Shown in pieces: positions 36,751-46,320 of a stretch of 64,000 bases of DNA. Under the pieces are notes generated by a model that ran no database searches, was not told the DNA's origin, and worked only from the letters and a program-made list of their open reading frames with translations. Both the position numbers and the translations under genes were made by a program. The stretch comes from an uncultured Sphaerochaeta sp. (GTDB lineage: Bacteria; Spirochaetota; Spirochaetia; Sphaerochaetales; Sphaerochaetaceae). The stretch lies in NCBI GenBank assembly GCA_963677075.1, contig OY781873.1, forward strand, positions 1,759,715 to 1,823,714. Reading direction: 5' to 3'. How positions within the stretch are numbered: position 1 is the first letter of the stretch; each line of letters opens with the position of its first letter.

Positions 36751-37113
36751 ATGCAAGACAAAAGTGACGTGATGATGCAGGAGCTCTTCGGGACGATTGC
36801 ATCAAAGGCTGTCGAAATCTATCAGCAGTCGACACGGGAGAAGCTGGAGAATGAAGACGACTCCAGAATGGAAATCGAACTTCTCATGCAACAGGTTGAG
36901 GACAAGGATGAGGAAATCTCATCTCTGAACAGGAAAATCTCAGAGTTGCAGGGAGTGATTGAAAGGCATGAGAGTGAGACCGATGGCCTGAAGTCGGAAA
37001 TCAAGGAGCTCCGAATCTTGAGGGACCAATATCGTGGATGGTGGCTGGAGGAAGTAACGGAAAAAAACACAAGGCCGGACGCGGCAACGTCCGACCAGGA
37101 GGCATCCAAATGA
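36751..37113 (+). CDS. Hypothetical coiled-coil protein
   Basis: AGGAGG RBS; heptad-rich centre. Confidence 0.65.
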   Translation: MQDKSDVMMQELFGTIASKAVEIYQQSTREKLENEDDSRMEIELLMQQVEDKDEEISSLNRKISELQGVIERHESETDGLKSEIKELRILRDQYRGWWLEEVTEKNTRPDAATSDQEASK

Positions 37114-37808
37114 CTATTGAAAAAACCAAATCAATCAAGGCCGAGGACAACCTCGTGATCATTGTATATGGGAAGGGTGGTGTCGGCAAGACCACCTTTG
37201 CCGCTTCATCACCGAGACCTCTCATCCTCGATTTCGAGAATGGGACGAAGTATCTGGGTACCCGTGGATTCGATGTTGATGTAATCAGGATGAAGAACTG
37301 GCTTACCGGGAAGGACAAAACCGACTTGGTACAGATCATCGCAGACCATGAGACCATAGTCATCGACCCACTTGGGGAGGCAATGGAAAAGCTCATTGAT
37401 TCCCCTGAGATAAAGGGGGTGAAATACCGTACTGGTGATGGAGGCCTCACTATGGCCGGTTGGGGAGAGGTGAAGAAGCAAATGCGCTCCTTCATCAAGT
37501 CCCTCCGTGATACCGGGAAGAATGTGATCATCGTAAGCCACGTGAGTGAGATACAGACAGAGCAGGGCCTTGAGCACAGGATACAGGTTGCTACCAAGCT
37601 GTCCGATGAGATTCCCAACATGGTTGATGTCATTGCATACATGGGGGTCATTCGGAACGACAACGAGATCAAGCGGGTACTGTACATCCCCCAGCAGGGT
37701 GGTGGCTTTGATTCCAAGGACAGGACAGGCAGGTTCCCCCAGACAATCCACATCGGGGAACAGACTGGATGGTCCGATTTCATCTCTTCCATGAAGGAGG
37801 TGAAGTGA
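37110..37808 (+). CDS. AAA_24 / Sak4-like phage ATPase
   Basis: IVYGKGGVGKTTFA, LDFENG, IVIDP, VDVIAYM. Confidence 0.85.
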   Translation: MTIEKTKSIKAEDNLVIIVYGKGGVGKTTFAASSPRPLILDFENGTKYLGTRGFDVDVIRMKNWLTGKDKTDLVQIIADHETIVIDPLGEAMEKLIDSPEIKGVKYRTGDGGLTMAGWGEVKKQMRSFIKSLRDTGKNVIIVSHVSEIQTEQGLEHRIQVATKLSDEIPNMVDVIAYMGVIRNDNEIKRVLYIPQQGGGFDSKDRTGRFPQTIHIGEQTGWSDFISSMKEVK

Positions 37809-38557
37809 TGGCATACGAACTCAATGGGGTGGAGTACCCCAGCGTAACGACAATCACAGGGATTCTCGACAAGCCTGCCTTGTTGGGATGGGCAAGCAAT
37901 TGTGCCGTGGACTTCATCAAGGAACGGCTGGATGACATCAAGGACCCCACGGATGTCCACAAGGGTGAAGATATCCTTGAGCAAGCAAGAAAGGCTTACA
38001 CAATCAAGCGGGATTCAGCTGCTGATGCAGGGACCCAGTGCCACCATGCCATACAGATGTACATCGAGGGTCATGACCCATATCCATCGCTCAAATGCAA
38101 GGAGGCGAGAAACGGTTTTGAGGCTTTCCTTGCATGGGAGAAGATGAACCATGTGGAATGGCTCCAGAGCGAGGTGGCCGTATTCTCTGAGGCACACGGG
38201 TATGCGGGCAGATTCGATGCCATAGCGATGGTAAATGGCCATCGATACCTGATTGACTTCAAGACATCCAAGGGCGTCTGGGATGAGCATAGATACCAGA
38301 TCTGTGCCTACCGACAGGCATACAACGAGATGCTTGAGGAAGGGCAGGAGCCTATCGAGCATCTTGCAGTCCTGCATCTGGACAAGATCTCCGGAGAACC
38401 ATCTTTCATCCCTGTAATGAAGAATATTGAGCGGTATACGAACCTGTTCAACACCCTCTGCATGGTTTATTACCTGCTGAAGGATAGACGCCTCAAGAAC
38501 AATCCATTTGTGGCCTTGGCAAAAGGTGAGCCAACAAAAATGGAGGTACCGTTTTGA
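37808..38557 (+). CDS. PD-(D/E)xK (Cas4/YqaJ-like) exonuclease
   Basis: YPSVTTI...KPAL..W, GT..H, YAGRFDAIA, LIDFKTSK, YQICAY. Confidence 0.85.
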   Translation: MAYELNGVEYPSVTTITGILDKPALLGWASNCAVDFIKERLDDIKDPTDVHKGEDILEQARKAYTIKRDSAADAGTQCHHAIQMYIEGHDPYPSLKCKEARNGFEAFLAWEKMNHVEWLQSEVAVFSEAHGYAGRFDAIAMVNGHRYLIDFKTSKGVWDEHRYQICAYRQAYNEMLEEGQEPIEHLAVLHLDKISGEPSFIPVMKNIERYTNLFNTLCMVYYLLKDRRLKNNPFVALAKGEPTKMEVPF

Positions 38558-38994
38558 AGGTTGAATGGACAGCGGACAGATCCACCTTGGCGCTTCTGGT
38601 GCCAAGGAGGTTCAGGGAGGCCATCCACAAGATTTATGACATTGCTGACCGAAGGGACAATGGCTACATCAACATCACAATCAGCAATGTCCATAAGCCA
38701 CGGTCCACTGGGTGGAAATCCCAGAACCATGCCATCAACGGGTACATCCAATTGATTGCCACCGAGACCGGGGAAGATTTCGGGGTCATCAAGATGTATT
38801 GCAAACGACGTGCACTGGCCAGGGGGTACCCGCTCATGGAAAGGGAAGGGAAGCTGGTGTATTCGAAGGTAACCGGTGAAGTGCTTCCAGAAAGTGAGGC
38901 CAACCTCTCCACCGTGGAAGCAGGATACCTCATCGACGAGATCCAGCAACTTGCAAGTGAGTTGGGAATCAATCTGGGGGATGGACATGCATAA
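38554..38994 (+). CDS. NinB-like recombination protein
   Basis: RS...QN.AI.G.IQ.IA, S.A.LST.E...LID.I...A.ELGI. Confidence 0.55.
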   Translation: MKVEWTADRSTLALLVPRRFREAIHKIYDIADRRDNGYINITISNVHKPRSTGWKSQNHAINGYIQLIATETGEDFGVIKMYCKRRALARGYPLMEREGKLVYSKVTGEVLPESEANLSTVEAGYLIDEIQQLASELGINLGDGHA

Positions 38995-39481
38995 TCTGAT
39001 TGCCATCGACCCGGGTCCAAGGATGAGCGGGGTGTGTGTCATCGACTCTGATTCATACATACCAATCATTGCCAGGAAAATTGAGAATCCCTCTGTCTAT
39101 GAGACCGTAGCCCCTTTAGCTGGGGGAAGCAATGTAGTCATTGAGATGGTTGCCCACTATGGGACCGGGATGCCAGCTGGCAGGGATGTCTTCGATACCT
39201 GTGTTTGGATAGGGCGTTTTTACGAGATCTTTGCCGGTAGGGGGTCCACTGTGACCACGCTCCCGAGAAAGACAGTGAAGATGCATTTATGCGGAAGCAT
39301 GAGAGCAAAGGATTCAAACATACGTCAATCTCTCGTAGATCGTTTTGCTCCGGGTGAAAGGAACTATGGGAAGGGAACAAAGGCGAAACCAGGATTCTTC
39401 TATGGGTTCGCCGCAGATGCGTGGCAGGCCTATGCGTTGGGTGTCACGTATCTGGATATAAGGAGAGACAAGGATGAATGA
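38987..39481 (+). CDS. RuvC-like resolvase
   Basis: IAIDPG..SG, VVIE, KD..IR, ADAWQAYA. Confidence 0.7.
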   Translation: MHNLIAIDPGPRMSGVCVIDSDSYIPIIARKIENPSVYETVAPLAGGSNVVIEMVAHYGTGMPAGRDVFDTCVWIGRFYEIFAGRGSTVTTLPRKTVKMHLCGSMRAKDSNIRQSLVDRFAPGERNYGKGTKAKPGFFYGFAADAWQAYALGVTYLDIRRDKDE

Positions 39482-39989
39482 TCTTAACAATGTTGTCCTT
39501 ACCGGTCGCGTGACCCGCGACGTGGAACTGAAATATACGACAAGCGGCACAGCAGTTGCCAATTTTTCCATTGCAGTCAATGAGGGAGTGAAACAACCAA
39601 ACGGGCAATGGGAAGACAAAGGGAACTTCTTCGATGTAAGCCTCTGGGGAAAGTCGGCAGAAACACTTACGAGGTTCCTCACAAAGGGAAAGAGAATCAC
39701 TGTACAAGGCAGGCTCCGCCAACAGACATGGCAGGACCAAGAGGGGCGGAGCAGGAGCAAGGTGATTGTCAATGCACAATTTGTGCAATTGCTCTCACCG
39801 ATAGAAGGGAGAGAGTCTCAAGGATCTGACAGGAGACCCCCTAATGAGGATCCCCCCAGAAGGCGACATACATCTCCCCCGAAGGGAGGCCCCCAATCGG
39901 CGGCCGCGATGTATGCCTCGTCGATAGATCCGGAAGAGGATGCAGGGATGATGGGTCCGGAATTCTTCGGTGGTGACATACCGTTCTAA
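39474..39989 (+). CDS. ssb: Single-stranded DNA-binding protein
   Basis: NNVVLTGRVTRDVELKYT..G, V.GRL.Q..W, tail DIPF. Confidence 0.97.
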   Translation: MNDLNNVVLTGRVTRDVELKYTTSGTAVANFSIAVNEGVKQPNGQWEDKGNFFDVSLWGKSAETLTRFLTKGKRITVQGRLRQQTWQDQEGRSRSKVIVNAQFVQLLSPIEGRESQGSDRRPPNEDPPRRRHTSPPKGGPQSAAAMYASSIDPEEDAGMMGPEFFGGDIPF

Positions 39990-40002
39990 AGGGGGGGAAG
40001 GA

Positions 40003-40386
40003 ATGAATTATCGAAACAAGGCAATCTCAGCATTCTGCAAGCTCCGTAGGCTCCAGGAGGCAGATTACAACGGTATGGTCAGATGCGTAACGTGTGGTCG
40101 TCCTGTGAAGTGGAACGAGTGTGACGGGGGACATTTCATCGACCGCCGTCATAGGGGAACAGAGCTCGAGCCGGACAATGTATGGCCACAATGTGTCGTC
40201 TGCAATCGATTTCTCTCCGGGGATAAGGAAATGTACCGGGAAGTGCTGGATAACCGTCTTGGCAAGGAGCGTGTTGAACAGTTGGAAGCAATGGCAGAAG
40301 GAGATCATATCCACAAGGATTATGAATCCCTCTACAAGAGCTTTTTGTCACAGATCAGGCGGATACGGAAGTTGAAGGGGCTGTAG
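40003..40386 (+). CDS. ninG: NinG/Rap-like nuclease
   Basis: CVTCG...DGGHFIDR....E..NVWPQCVVCN. Confidence 0.8.
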   Translation: MNYRNKAISAFCKLRRLQEADYNGMVRCVTCGRPVKWNECDGGHFIDRRHRGTELEPDNVWPQCVVCNRFLSGDKEMYREVLDNRLGKERVEQLEAMAEGDHIHKDYESLYKSFLSQIRRIRKLKGL

Positions 40387-40388
40387 AC

Positions 40389-41321
40389 ATGTCAAGAAAA
40401 CATATGCGATATCTATCCATTTTCAGTGGGATTGAAGCCGCTACTGTGGCATGGGAACCACTCGGATGGGAACCTGTGGCGTTTGCAGAAGTTGATGAGT
40501 TCCCGAAGGCAGTTCTTGCCCATCACTATCCGAACATTCCTGATTTAGGGGATGTGACCAAAATCACCGAGGAACAGATAAAGGCCCTTGGTCCGATAGA
40601 TCTTGTGGTAGGGGGGTCCCCCTGCCAAGACCTTTCCATTGCAGGGAAGCGAACCGGTTTGAGGGACAAGGATGGGTCGGTTACCCGAAGCGGGTTATTC
40701 GACGAACAGATAAGGATATTTGAGACAGCAAGGAAGAATAATGGATGCAGATACTTACTCTGGGAGAATGTCCCAGGAGCCTTCAGTTCAAACAAAGGGC
40801 GTGACTTTGCCTATGTTATTGACTCTATGGTCGGCGGGGATATTCAGGTCCCCGAAGGGGGATGGAAGAACAGTGGAATCGGCATTTCGCTTGATGGGAG
40901 CAGATGTGTCGAATGGCGCGTGTTGGACGCACAATACTTCGGAGTGCCCCAAAGACGCAGAAGAATCTTCGCTCTCCTCGATACTGGAGCATGGTGGAGT
41001 AGAGAACCGATTCTATTTGAGCGAGAAAGCCTGCAGGGGAATCCTCCGACGGGCACGTGGACGGAAGAGGAAGCTGCCCCCGGAGCTGGAAGGAGCACTG
41101 ATTGCGAAATTATCATCTACGAAAACCATGCAAATGACAGCCGGGTTACCAGATGTGAAGATGGTATAGCCCCTACCTTGAGCAGTCGCATGGGGACCGG
41201 GGGAGGGAATGTCCCACTGGTGATGGCTTCCGGACAGGCAAATGCCGAGATCCTCAAGGACCAATGCCCCACACTCAATTGCACAGATGAACAGCCAATT
41301 TATTGCGGGGTGGAACCATGA
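40389..41321 (+). CDS. C5 cytosine methyltransferase, N-terminal part (motifs I-VIII and TRD)
   Basis: FSGIEAA, GDV, GGSPCQDLS, WENVPG, QRRRRIF; motifs IX-X absent. Confidence 0.9.
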   Translation: MSRKHMRYLSIFSGIEAATVAWEPLGWEPVAFAEVDEFPKAVLAHHYPNIPDLGDVTKITEEQIKALGPIDLVVGGSPCQDLSIAGKRTGLRDKDGSVTRSGLFDEQIRIFETARKNNGCRYLLWENVPGAFSSNKGRDFAYVIDSMVGGDIQVPEGGWKNSGIGISLDGSRCVEWRVLDAQYFGVPQRRRRIFALLDTGAWWSREPILFERESLQGNPPTGTWTEEEAAPGAGRSTDCEIIIYENHANDSRVTRCEDGIAPTLSSRMGTGGGNVPLVMASGQANAEILKDQCPTLNCTDEQPIYCGVEP

Positions 41322-41584
41322 ACATAGTAAGGAGGCTAACCCCAAAGGAGTGTGAGAGGCTCCAAGGCTTCCCAGATGGCTACACAAACATCGCATGGAG
41401 AGGCAAGGATACATCACCCGACGGAAGACGATACAAGGCTCTTGGGAACAGCATGGCTGTACCTGTGATGCGATGGATAGGAAGGCGTATACAGGATTCC
41501 TCTCTTGTTGAGAGAAACGAGCAGGACATAGAGAGAGTGCTGTATGTGTCTCCTGGGGACGAGGAACAGATTTCTCTGTTTTAA
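41318..41584 (+). CDS. C5 cytosine methyltransferase, C-terminal part (motifs IX-X)
   Basis: RRLTPKECERLQGFPD and YKALGNSMAVPV; ATGA overlap. Confidence 0.85.
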   Translation: MNIVRRLTPKECERLQGFPDGYTNIAWRGKDTSPDGRRYKALGNSMAVPVMRWIGRRIQDSSLVERNEQDIERVLYVSPGDEEQISLF

Positions 41585-41588
41585 GGGT

Positions 41589-41888
41589 ATGTCAATTATG
41601 GATAAGAGAGAAAAAATGACCATAAAACAAGCAGTTATCAATGTGTGCAATGCAATGTATCCGGGAGAAAAGATACTTGGATACGAATTATACGAGAGGG
41701 TTCTCGCTGAGTTGTGGCGCTCGGGGAACTTCAACAGACCGTTGAGTGATACCGTGTTGAGACGATTCAGGGAGGTACGGGACCTGTGTGGGATGGAGAG
41801 CCACCCATCAATCAGCGAGTACACAAAAAAAATCCAGTCGGAGGAACAAGATGGCAAAAAGACGTATGTTCAGTATGGACATCATTGA
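41589..41888 (+). CDS. Hypothetical protein
   Basis: Fills the gap between MTase and initiator; overlaps the next start by 38 nt. Confidence 0.5.
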   Translation: MSIMDKREKMTIKQAVINVCNAMYPGEKILGYELYERVLAELWRSGNFNRPLSDTVLRRFREVRDLCGMESHPSISEYTKKIQSEEQDGKKTYVQYGHH

Positions 41889-42609
41889 TACGGATATGTT
41901 CTTGGAAATGCCCTCTACCACACAGCTCCTGTATTTCCATCTGTCAATGCGCGCTGATGATGATGGGTTTGTCTCATCACCGAAACGCATCATCAGATTG
42001 ATCGGTGCATCGGATGATGACCTGAGGATCTTATTCTCAAAACAATTCGTGATTCCCTTCGATTCAGGGGTCTGTGTGATCAAACATTGGAAGATCCACA
42101 ACTACATCCAGAAGGACCGATACCATGAAACAATCTACAGGAAAGAAAAGCTTATGCTGGAAGAAGATATGAACGGTGCTTACAAAATGGATACAGAATG
42201 TATACACGATGTGTCCAAAATGGATACCCAGGTTAGGTTAGGTAAGGTTAGTTTAGGTAAGAGTAAGAGTAATATTTCTGCCCAAACCGAAGAATCGGTT
42301 TCGGCTGTATTCTCACTTCCCTCTCTCGGGGGAAAAGAGTTCCCGATCACAGAGGAACTGTTCCAGACATTCAAGGACGCGTACCCTGCTGTGGATGTCA
42401 TGGCTGAATTGAGCAAGATGAAGGCTTGGCTACTCTCCAACAAGAAAAACCTCAAGAAGGATGTGACACGGTTTGCAAACAACTGGCTTTCACGAGCACA
42501 GGACAAAGCAGAGCGGCCCAGTTTCGGGCAAGGGGGGAAGCCTTCCCAGCGAACACTGGGTAATGAAGACCGGTGGGATATGCCCAGACCCTTGCAAAAG
42601 GAGCTTTGA
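41851..42609 (+). CDS. Phage replication initiator (replisome organiser)
   Basis: MAKRRMFS..IIDTD.FLEMP.TTQLLYFHL.MRADDDGF, IKHW.IHNYIQKDRY. Confidence 0.9.
   Translation: MAKRRMFSMDIIDTDMFLEMPSTTQLLYFHLSMRADDDGFVSSPKRIIRLIGASDDDLRILFSKQFVIPFDSGVCVIKHWKIHNYIQKDRYHETIYRKEKLMLEEDMNGAYKMDTECIHDVSKMDTQVRLGKVSLGKSKSNISAQTEESVSAVFSLPSLGGKEFPITEELFQTFKDAYPAVDVMAELSKMKAWLLSNKKNLKKDVTRFANNWLSRAQDKAERPSFGQGGKPSQRTLGNEDRWDMPRPLQKEL
42183..42272 (+). repeat. Probable phage origin iterons inside the initiator gene
   Basis: CAAAATGGATAC at 42183 and 42216, then GGTTA/GGTAA pentamer run. Confidence 0.6.
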
Positions 42610-42613
42610 GAAT

Positions 42614-43402
42614 ATGGACATTGAATACACAAAAAAAATGATGCAGGGGAAGGGGCTCAGGATTGTTGAAACCCTTCACTTGGAATGTCCCAAGCACGGG
42701 CCATACGAGAACAACCGCATATTGCGCTATTACGATGATGGCACCAGCGAGGAATTGCCCCTTTCCGGTTGTCCGGTATGCAGGGAAGAGGCTGCACGGC
42801 AGGAATTGGCAGAGAGTTATGAGAACATCCTGCTCGAAGGGAAGTTGGCCTCATCACGGATCCCTGCGAAGTTCCAGAACTGTATGGTCCGCAATTTCCA
42901 GGTCGAGGATGCAGAGAGTGCATTCTCCCAATCCAAGATGGAGGCACGGAACATGGCTATTGCATTCATCCGGGATGAGGTGAGGTCCTTGGTCCTGCTT
43001 GGTGGGACAGGGCGAGGCAAGAGCCATCTCATGGCCAGCATGCTCAAGGGTTGCATCTCGACAGGCAGGGACGCTCTCTATGTCGTGGAACGCAAGATCT
43101 ATCGTGACATACACGAATCATATCTGGGGCGAAAGGACCTGATGACCGAGGGACAGGTGATCGACCTGTATTCAAAGGTTGATGTGCTCGGAATCGATGA
43201 ATTGGGGAGGTCCTCATGGACCGAGCATGAGGCGCAGATACTCTACGAGATCATAGACAACCGTGATGTCTACAACCGAAAGACGGTCATGGCTGGCAAT
43301 CTCATGCCTGATGAGTTCAGGCAGAAGTTCGATGATTCATTCAGGAGAAAACTGGGTGCAACCACGATTGTGTGCACCTGGCCGAGATGGGAGGAAAGGT
43401 AA
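42614..43402 (+). CDS. DnaC/IstB-like helicase loader
   Basis: CPKHG and CPVC Zn motifs, GGTGRGKSHL, LGIDELG. Confidence 0.88.
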   Translation: MDIEYTKKMMQGKGLRIVETLHLECPKHGPYENNRILRYYDDGTSEELPLSGCPVCREEAARQELAESYENILLEGKLASSRIPAKFQNCMVRNFQVEDAESAFSQSKMEARNMAIAFIRDEVRSLVLLGGTGRGKSHLMASMLKGCISTGRDALYVVERKIYRDIHESYLGRKDLMTEGQVIDLYSKVDVLGIDELGRSSWTEHEAQILYEIIDNRDVYNRKTVMAGNLMPDEFRQKFDDSFRRKLGATTIVCTWPRWEER

Positions 43403-43690
43403 ATGAACAAGAATGAATTGGTGAGGAAATTCGAAGCCGAAATAGGCTGCTCGCTAGAACGAGCAAGAAAAACCGGCAAGGTAGCGTTGCTCAAGGCTGA
43501 TTATATCAAGTGGCTTGAAGCACAGATCCCCACAGGAGACAAAATTGCGGTTTCCGCAGAATATCTTCGAGGTCTTGAAGAGAAGGCCGCCGCCTACGAC
43601 AGGCTGATGAGTGGGTATATGACGTTTAGAGAGATGGAGGCGATGATTTCACGTATCCTCGAAAGCGAGGGTGAGTGTGACCGATCGTGA
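43403..43690 (+). CDS. Hypothetical protein
   Basis: Abuts the previous stop; GGAAAGG RBS. Confidence 0.6.
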   Translation: MNKNELVRKFEAEIGCSLERARKTGKVALLKADYIKWLEAQIPTGDKIAVSAEYLRGLEEKAAAYDRLMSGYMTFREMEAMISRILESEGECDRS

Positions 43691-43711
43691 ACGTCAGAGA
43701 GGAGGCATTGC

Positions 43712-44041
43712 ATGAGGATACGGATCAGCAGGGGAGATGCGGTGATGGCCGAAGTAAACAGCCAAGCCGCTGTAGCTTCCTATCTTGGGTGGTCGAAAAA
43801 GCGGGTGGCGAAATGCCTGAAAACGGGAGACCCATATGACGGGGTGACCGTGGAAGCCGTAGGGAACGATCGGAGAGGGTATGCAGTTGTTGCCTACACC
43901 CCAACATCATCGGAGCGGTACAACTCCAAGAGCGAATGTGCACGGGTGTATGGGATTTCCCGGTCAAAGCTGGAGCATCTCATCAGTACCGGGGGGACTG
44001 CAGAGGATGGGGTGACCACCTTCGATGAGCCGATATATTAA
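43712..44041 (+). CDS. Protein with two NUMOD1-like HTH modules
   Basis: NSQAAVASYLGWSK and YNSKSECARVYGISRSKL. Confidence 0.5.
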   Translation: MRIRISRGDAVMAEVNSQAAVASYLGWSKKRVAKCLKTGDPYDGVTVEAVGNDRRGYAVVAYTPTSSERYNSKSECARVYGISRSKLEHLISTGGTAEDGVTTFDEPIY

Positions 44042-44074
44042 CTGCTCTGGATTGCAACACAAGGCACGGAAAAT

Positions 44075-44599
44075 ATGGGAGGATTTGGTATGATCTGGGA
44101 TAAACGAGATGATGAGTCCAGCAAGGCTTATGAGTGGTTCTGTCGGTACCGTGACATGGGACCAGGCAGATCGCATGAAAAGCTAAATCAGAAGTATGCA
44201 GGAAGTAGATCAAATAAATCACTAACCCTGAGATGGTCGAGCAAGTATGCGTGGGTCGAAAGGGCTGAGGCGTATGATGTGTATCTGGAGGGGAAGAAAC
44301 GGGAATCGAATGAGGAGCGTACCATCAAGGCAGCTGAGGAGCAGATAGACCTCTCGGACAGGGTAATGGAGATTCTGCTCCGCAAGCTTCCCCAGATGGA
44401 GTATGGGGAGATCAAACCTACCGAATGGAAAAACCTCGCAGAGTTCGCCGTGAAGACCAAGAGGGATGCCTTGGGGATCGCCGACAAGCACGAGGTATCC
44501 GGGGAGATCCATGTAGACCATGAGATCGGCAGGAAGCTGAGTAAGGAAATGATGGAAAGGACACGACGGTTGCTGGGGGGTCTGGATGGTGACGCGTGA
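44075..44599 (+). CDS. terS: Terminase small subunit (putative)
   Basis: W....ES.KAYEWF..YRDMG..RS...RWSSKY.WVERAEAYD; overlaps terL. Confidence 0.7.
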   Translation: MGGFGMIWDKRDDESSKAYEWFCRYRDMGPGRSHEKLNQKYAGSRSNKSLTLRWSSKYAWVERAEAYDVYLEGKKRESNEERTIKAAEEQIDLSDRVMEILLRKLPQMEYGEIKPTEWKNLAEFAVKTKRDALGIADKHEVSGEIHVDHEIGRKLSKEMMERTRRLLGGLDGDA

Positions 44600-46154
44600 C
44601 CAGTTCATTGTGGAATGCCAACGGATCATAGATGGTTTCAACAGCAAAGATGACATGGAAGGGCTGAGGGAATGGATGCGTTACATGGTACGGCACAACA
44701 TCTTTTTCCTTGCCCTTTTCGTATGTGAACGCGAGGATTTCAATCGTGATTGGCTCTATGATAGATGCCAAGAGGTACAGGCGCACCCGGACGGTTTCAT
44801 AGACATATGGGCCAGGGAGCACTACAAAAGCTCGATCATCACATGGCTGAAGACCATGCAGGATATTCTGATTGATCCCGAGGAAAGAATCTGCATCTAC
44901 AGCTTCAACCAGACACTTGCCAAGAGTTTCGTGAACCAGGTGAAGACGGAGTTTGAGACGAACTGGAGACTGAAATGGTTGTTTCCAGAGATTCTTTGGG
45001 ATGATCCCTTGAAGGGTACCTATATCGATGAGAACGGCGTAAGACAAAGGATCCCATGGACAACCGACAGCATACGGGTGAAACGAAGGAACAGGGCCAA
45101 GGAAGATACACTCACCGCTTCAGGGCTGGTGACCGGGCAGAAGACAGGTGGCCACTATACGATCCTTGTGTATGATGATGTCGTTACACTCGACAGTGTA
45201 ACCACACCTGAGATGATTGACCGTACCACCAAGGCTTATGAGATGAGCTTGAACACCGGAGCCAGTTCAGGGGGGAAACCTACAAAGGTGAGAATCATCG
45301 GTACCAGATACCATTACGCCGACACCTATTCCGTGATTCTCAAGAGAGGGTCTGCAAAGCCGAGAATTTATCCATGCGTGGATGACCATGGGAATCCTGT
45401 ATTGCTCTCCAGGGAAATCCTGGCAGACAAGAAGAAGGATCTTGGATCATGGGTCTACGCCTCGCAGATGATGTGTGATCCCAGACAGGCTGGAAGCATG
45501 GGATTCCTGAGGGAGTGGATCAAGCCATGGACACCCGCAATCTGGGAAAATCTCAACCGTGTGATAATCGTAGACCCTGCAGACAAGATCAAGCGCAAGT
45601 CTGACTATACGGTCATGTGGGTGATTGGATTGGGGGCTGACAGAAACTACTATGTGATTGACATGATCAGGGACAAGCTGTCCCTTACGGGAAGAACGAA
45701 TGCCCTCTTTGCCCTGCACCAGAAATACAGGCCCAACCTGGGTGTGTTTTATGAATCTGTCGGTATGCAGGCAGACACACAGCATATCGAGGAGCAGATG
45801 GAACTGAGGAATTACCGGTTCCCTTTGTATCCAGTGAAGGCTACCAGTGCGAAGGGGCTGCGTATCGAATCCCTGGAACCGTTGTTCAGCAATCACCGGA
45901 TCTATATGCCTGAGGTGATCTGGTGGAGGAATTGGGAAGGGGAGACCGTCAACCTCATGGAACAGTTCCTGCAGGATGAATATCTCGCGTATCCCTTCTG
46001 CAGCCATGACGACATGCTTGATGCGTTGAGCAAACTGACCGATGAGCAAGTCACCCCAATGCTTACATATCCTGATGTAGTGACAGCGGAAGAGCTTTTA
46101 AAAAGGAGATTGGGAGCAGACCTGGAGGAAGAGGAATTATACGAGCCGTTTTGA
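44586..46154 (+). CDS. terL: Terminase large subunit
   Basis: AREHYKSS Walker A variant, LVYDDVV, IGTRYH; nuclease IVDPA, DYT, HDDMLDAL. Confidence 0.92.
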   Translation: MVTRDQFIVECQRIIDGFNSKDDMEGLREWMRYMVRHNIFFLALFVCEREDFNRDWLYDRCQEVQAHPDGFIDIWAREHYKSSIITWLKTMQDILIDPEERICIYSFNQTLAKSFVNQVKTEFETNWRLKWLFPEILWDDPLKGTYIDENGVRQRIPWTTDSIRVKRRNRAKEDTLTASGLVTGQKTGGHYTILVYDDVVTLDSVTTPEMIDRTTKAYEMSLNTGASSGGKPTKVRIIGTRYHYADTYSVILKRGSAKPRIYPCVDDHGNPVLLSREILADKKKDLGSWVYASQMMCDPRQAGSMGFLREWIKPWTPAIWENLNRVIIVDPADKIKRKSDYTVMWVIGLGADRNYYVIDMIRDKLSLTGRTNALFALHQKYRPNLGVFYESVGMQADTQHIEEQMELRNYRFPLYPVKATSAKGLRIESLEPLFSNHRIYMPEVIWWRNWEGETVNLMEQFLQDEYLAYPFCSHDDMLDALSKLTDEQVTPMLTYPDVVTAEELLKRRLGADLEEEELYEPF

Positions 46155-46208
46155 TATGGAGACCCACTCTGATCGAAACAGTCCATATTACAAATCTTTT
46201 AAACCCAT

Positions 46209-46246
46209 GCAATGTAAAAGCAATGTAAAAGCAATGTTTTTGCAAC
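46209..46246 (+). repeat. 11-bp tandem repeats
   Basis: GCAATGTAAAA x2, GCAATGTTTTT, GCAAC. Confidence 0.85.
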
Positions 46247-46320
46247 CTTTATAGTTCAATCATTAAGACCTATCATAGAGACAAACATAGCAATCGTAAT
46301 CTAGTAAGGAGGAGATCTGT

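Noticed and set aside
36229-36835. ORFs 36229-36483, 36282-36548 and 36242-36835 as genes
   Set aside because: No convincing RBS or recognisable motif, mutually overlapping, and lying over strongly paired RNA structure
37808-38557. CRISPR Cas4 adaptation gene
   Set aside because: No Fe-S Cys cluster and no cas1/cas2; context is a phage recombination module
44586-46154. Inactive terminase because Walker A reads AREHYKS
   Set aside because: Lys-Ser, Walker B and nuclease acidic residues are retained; such variants are common in terminases
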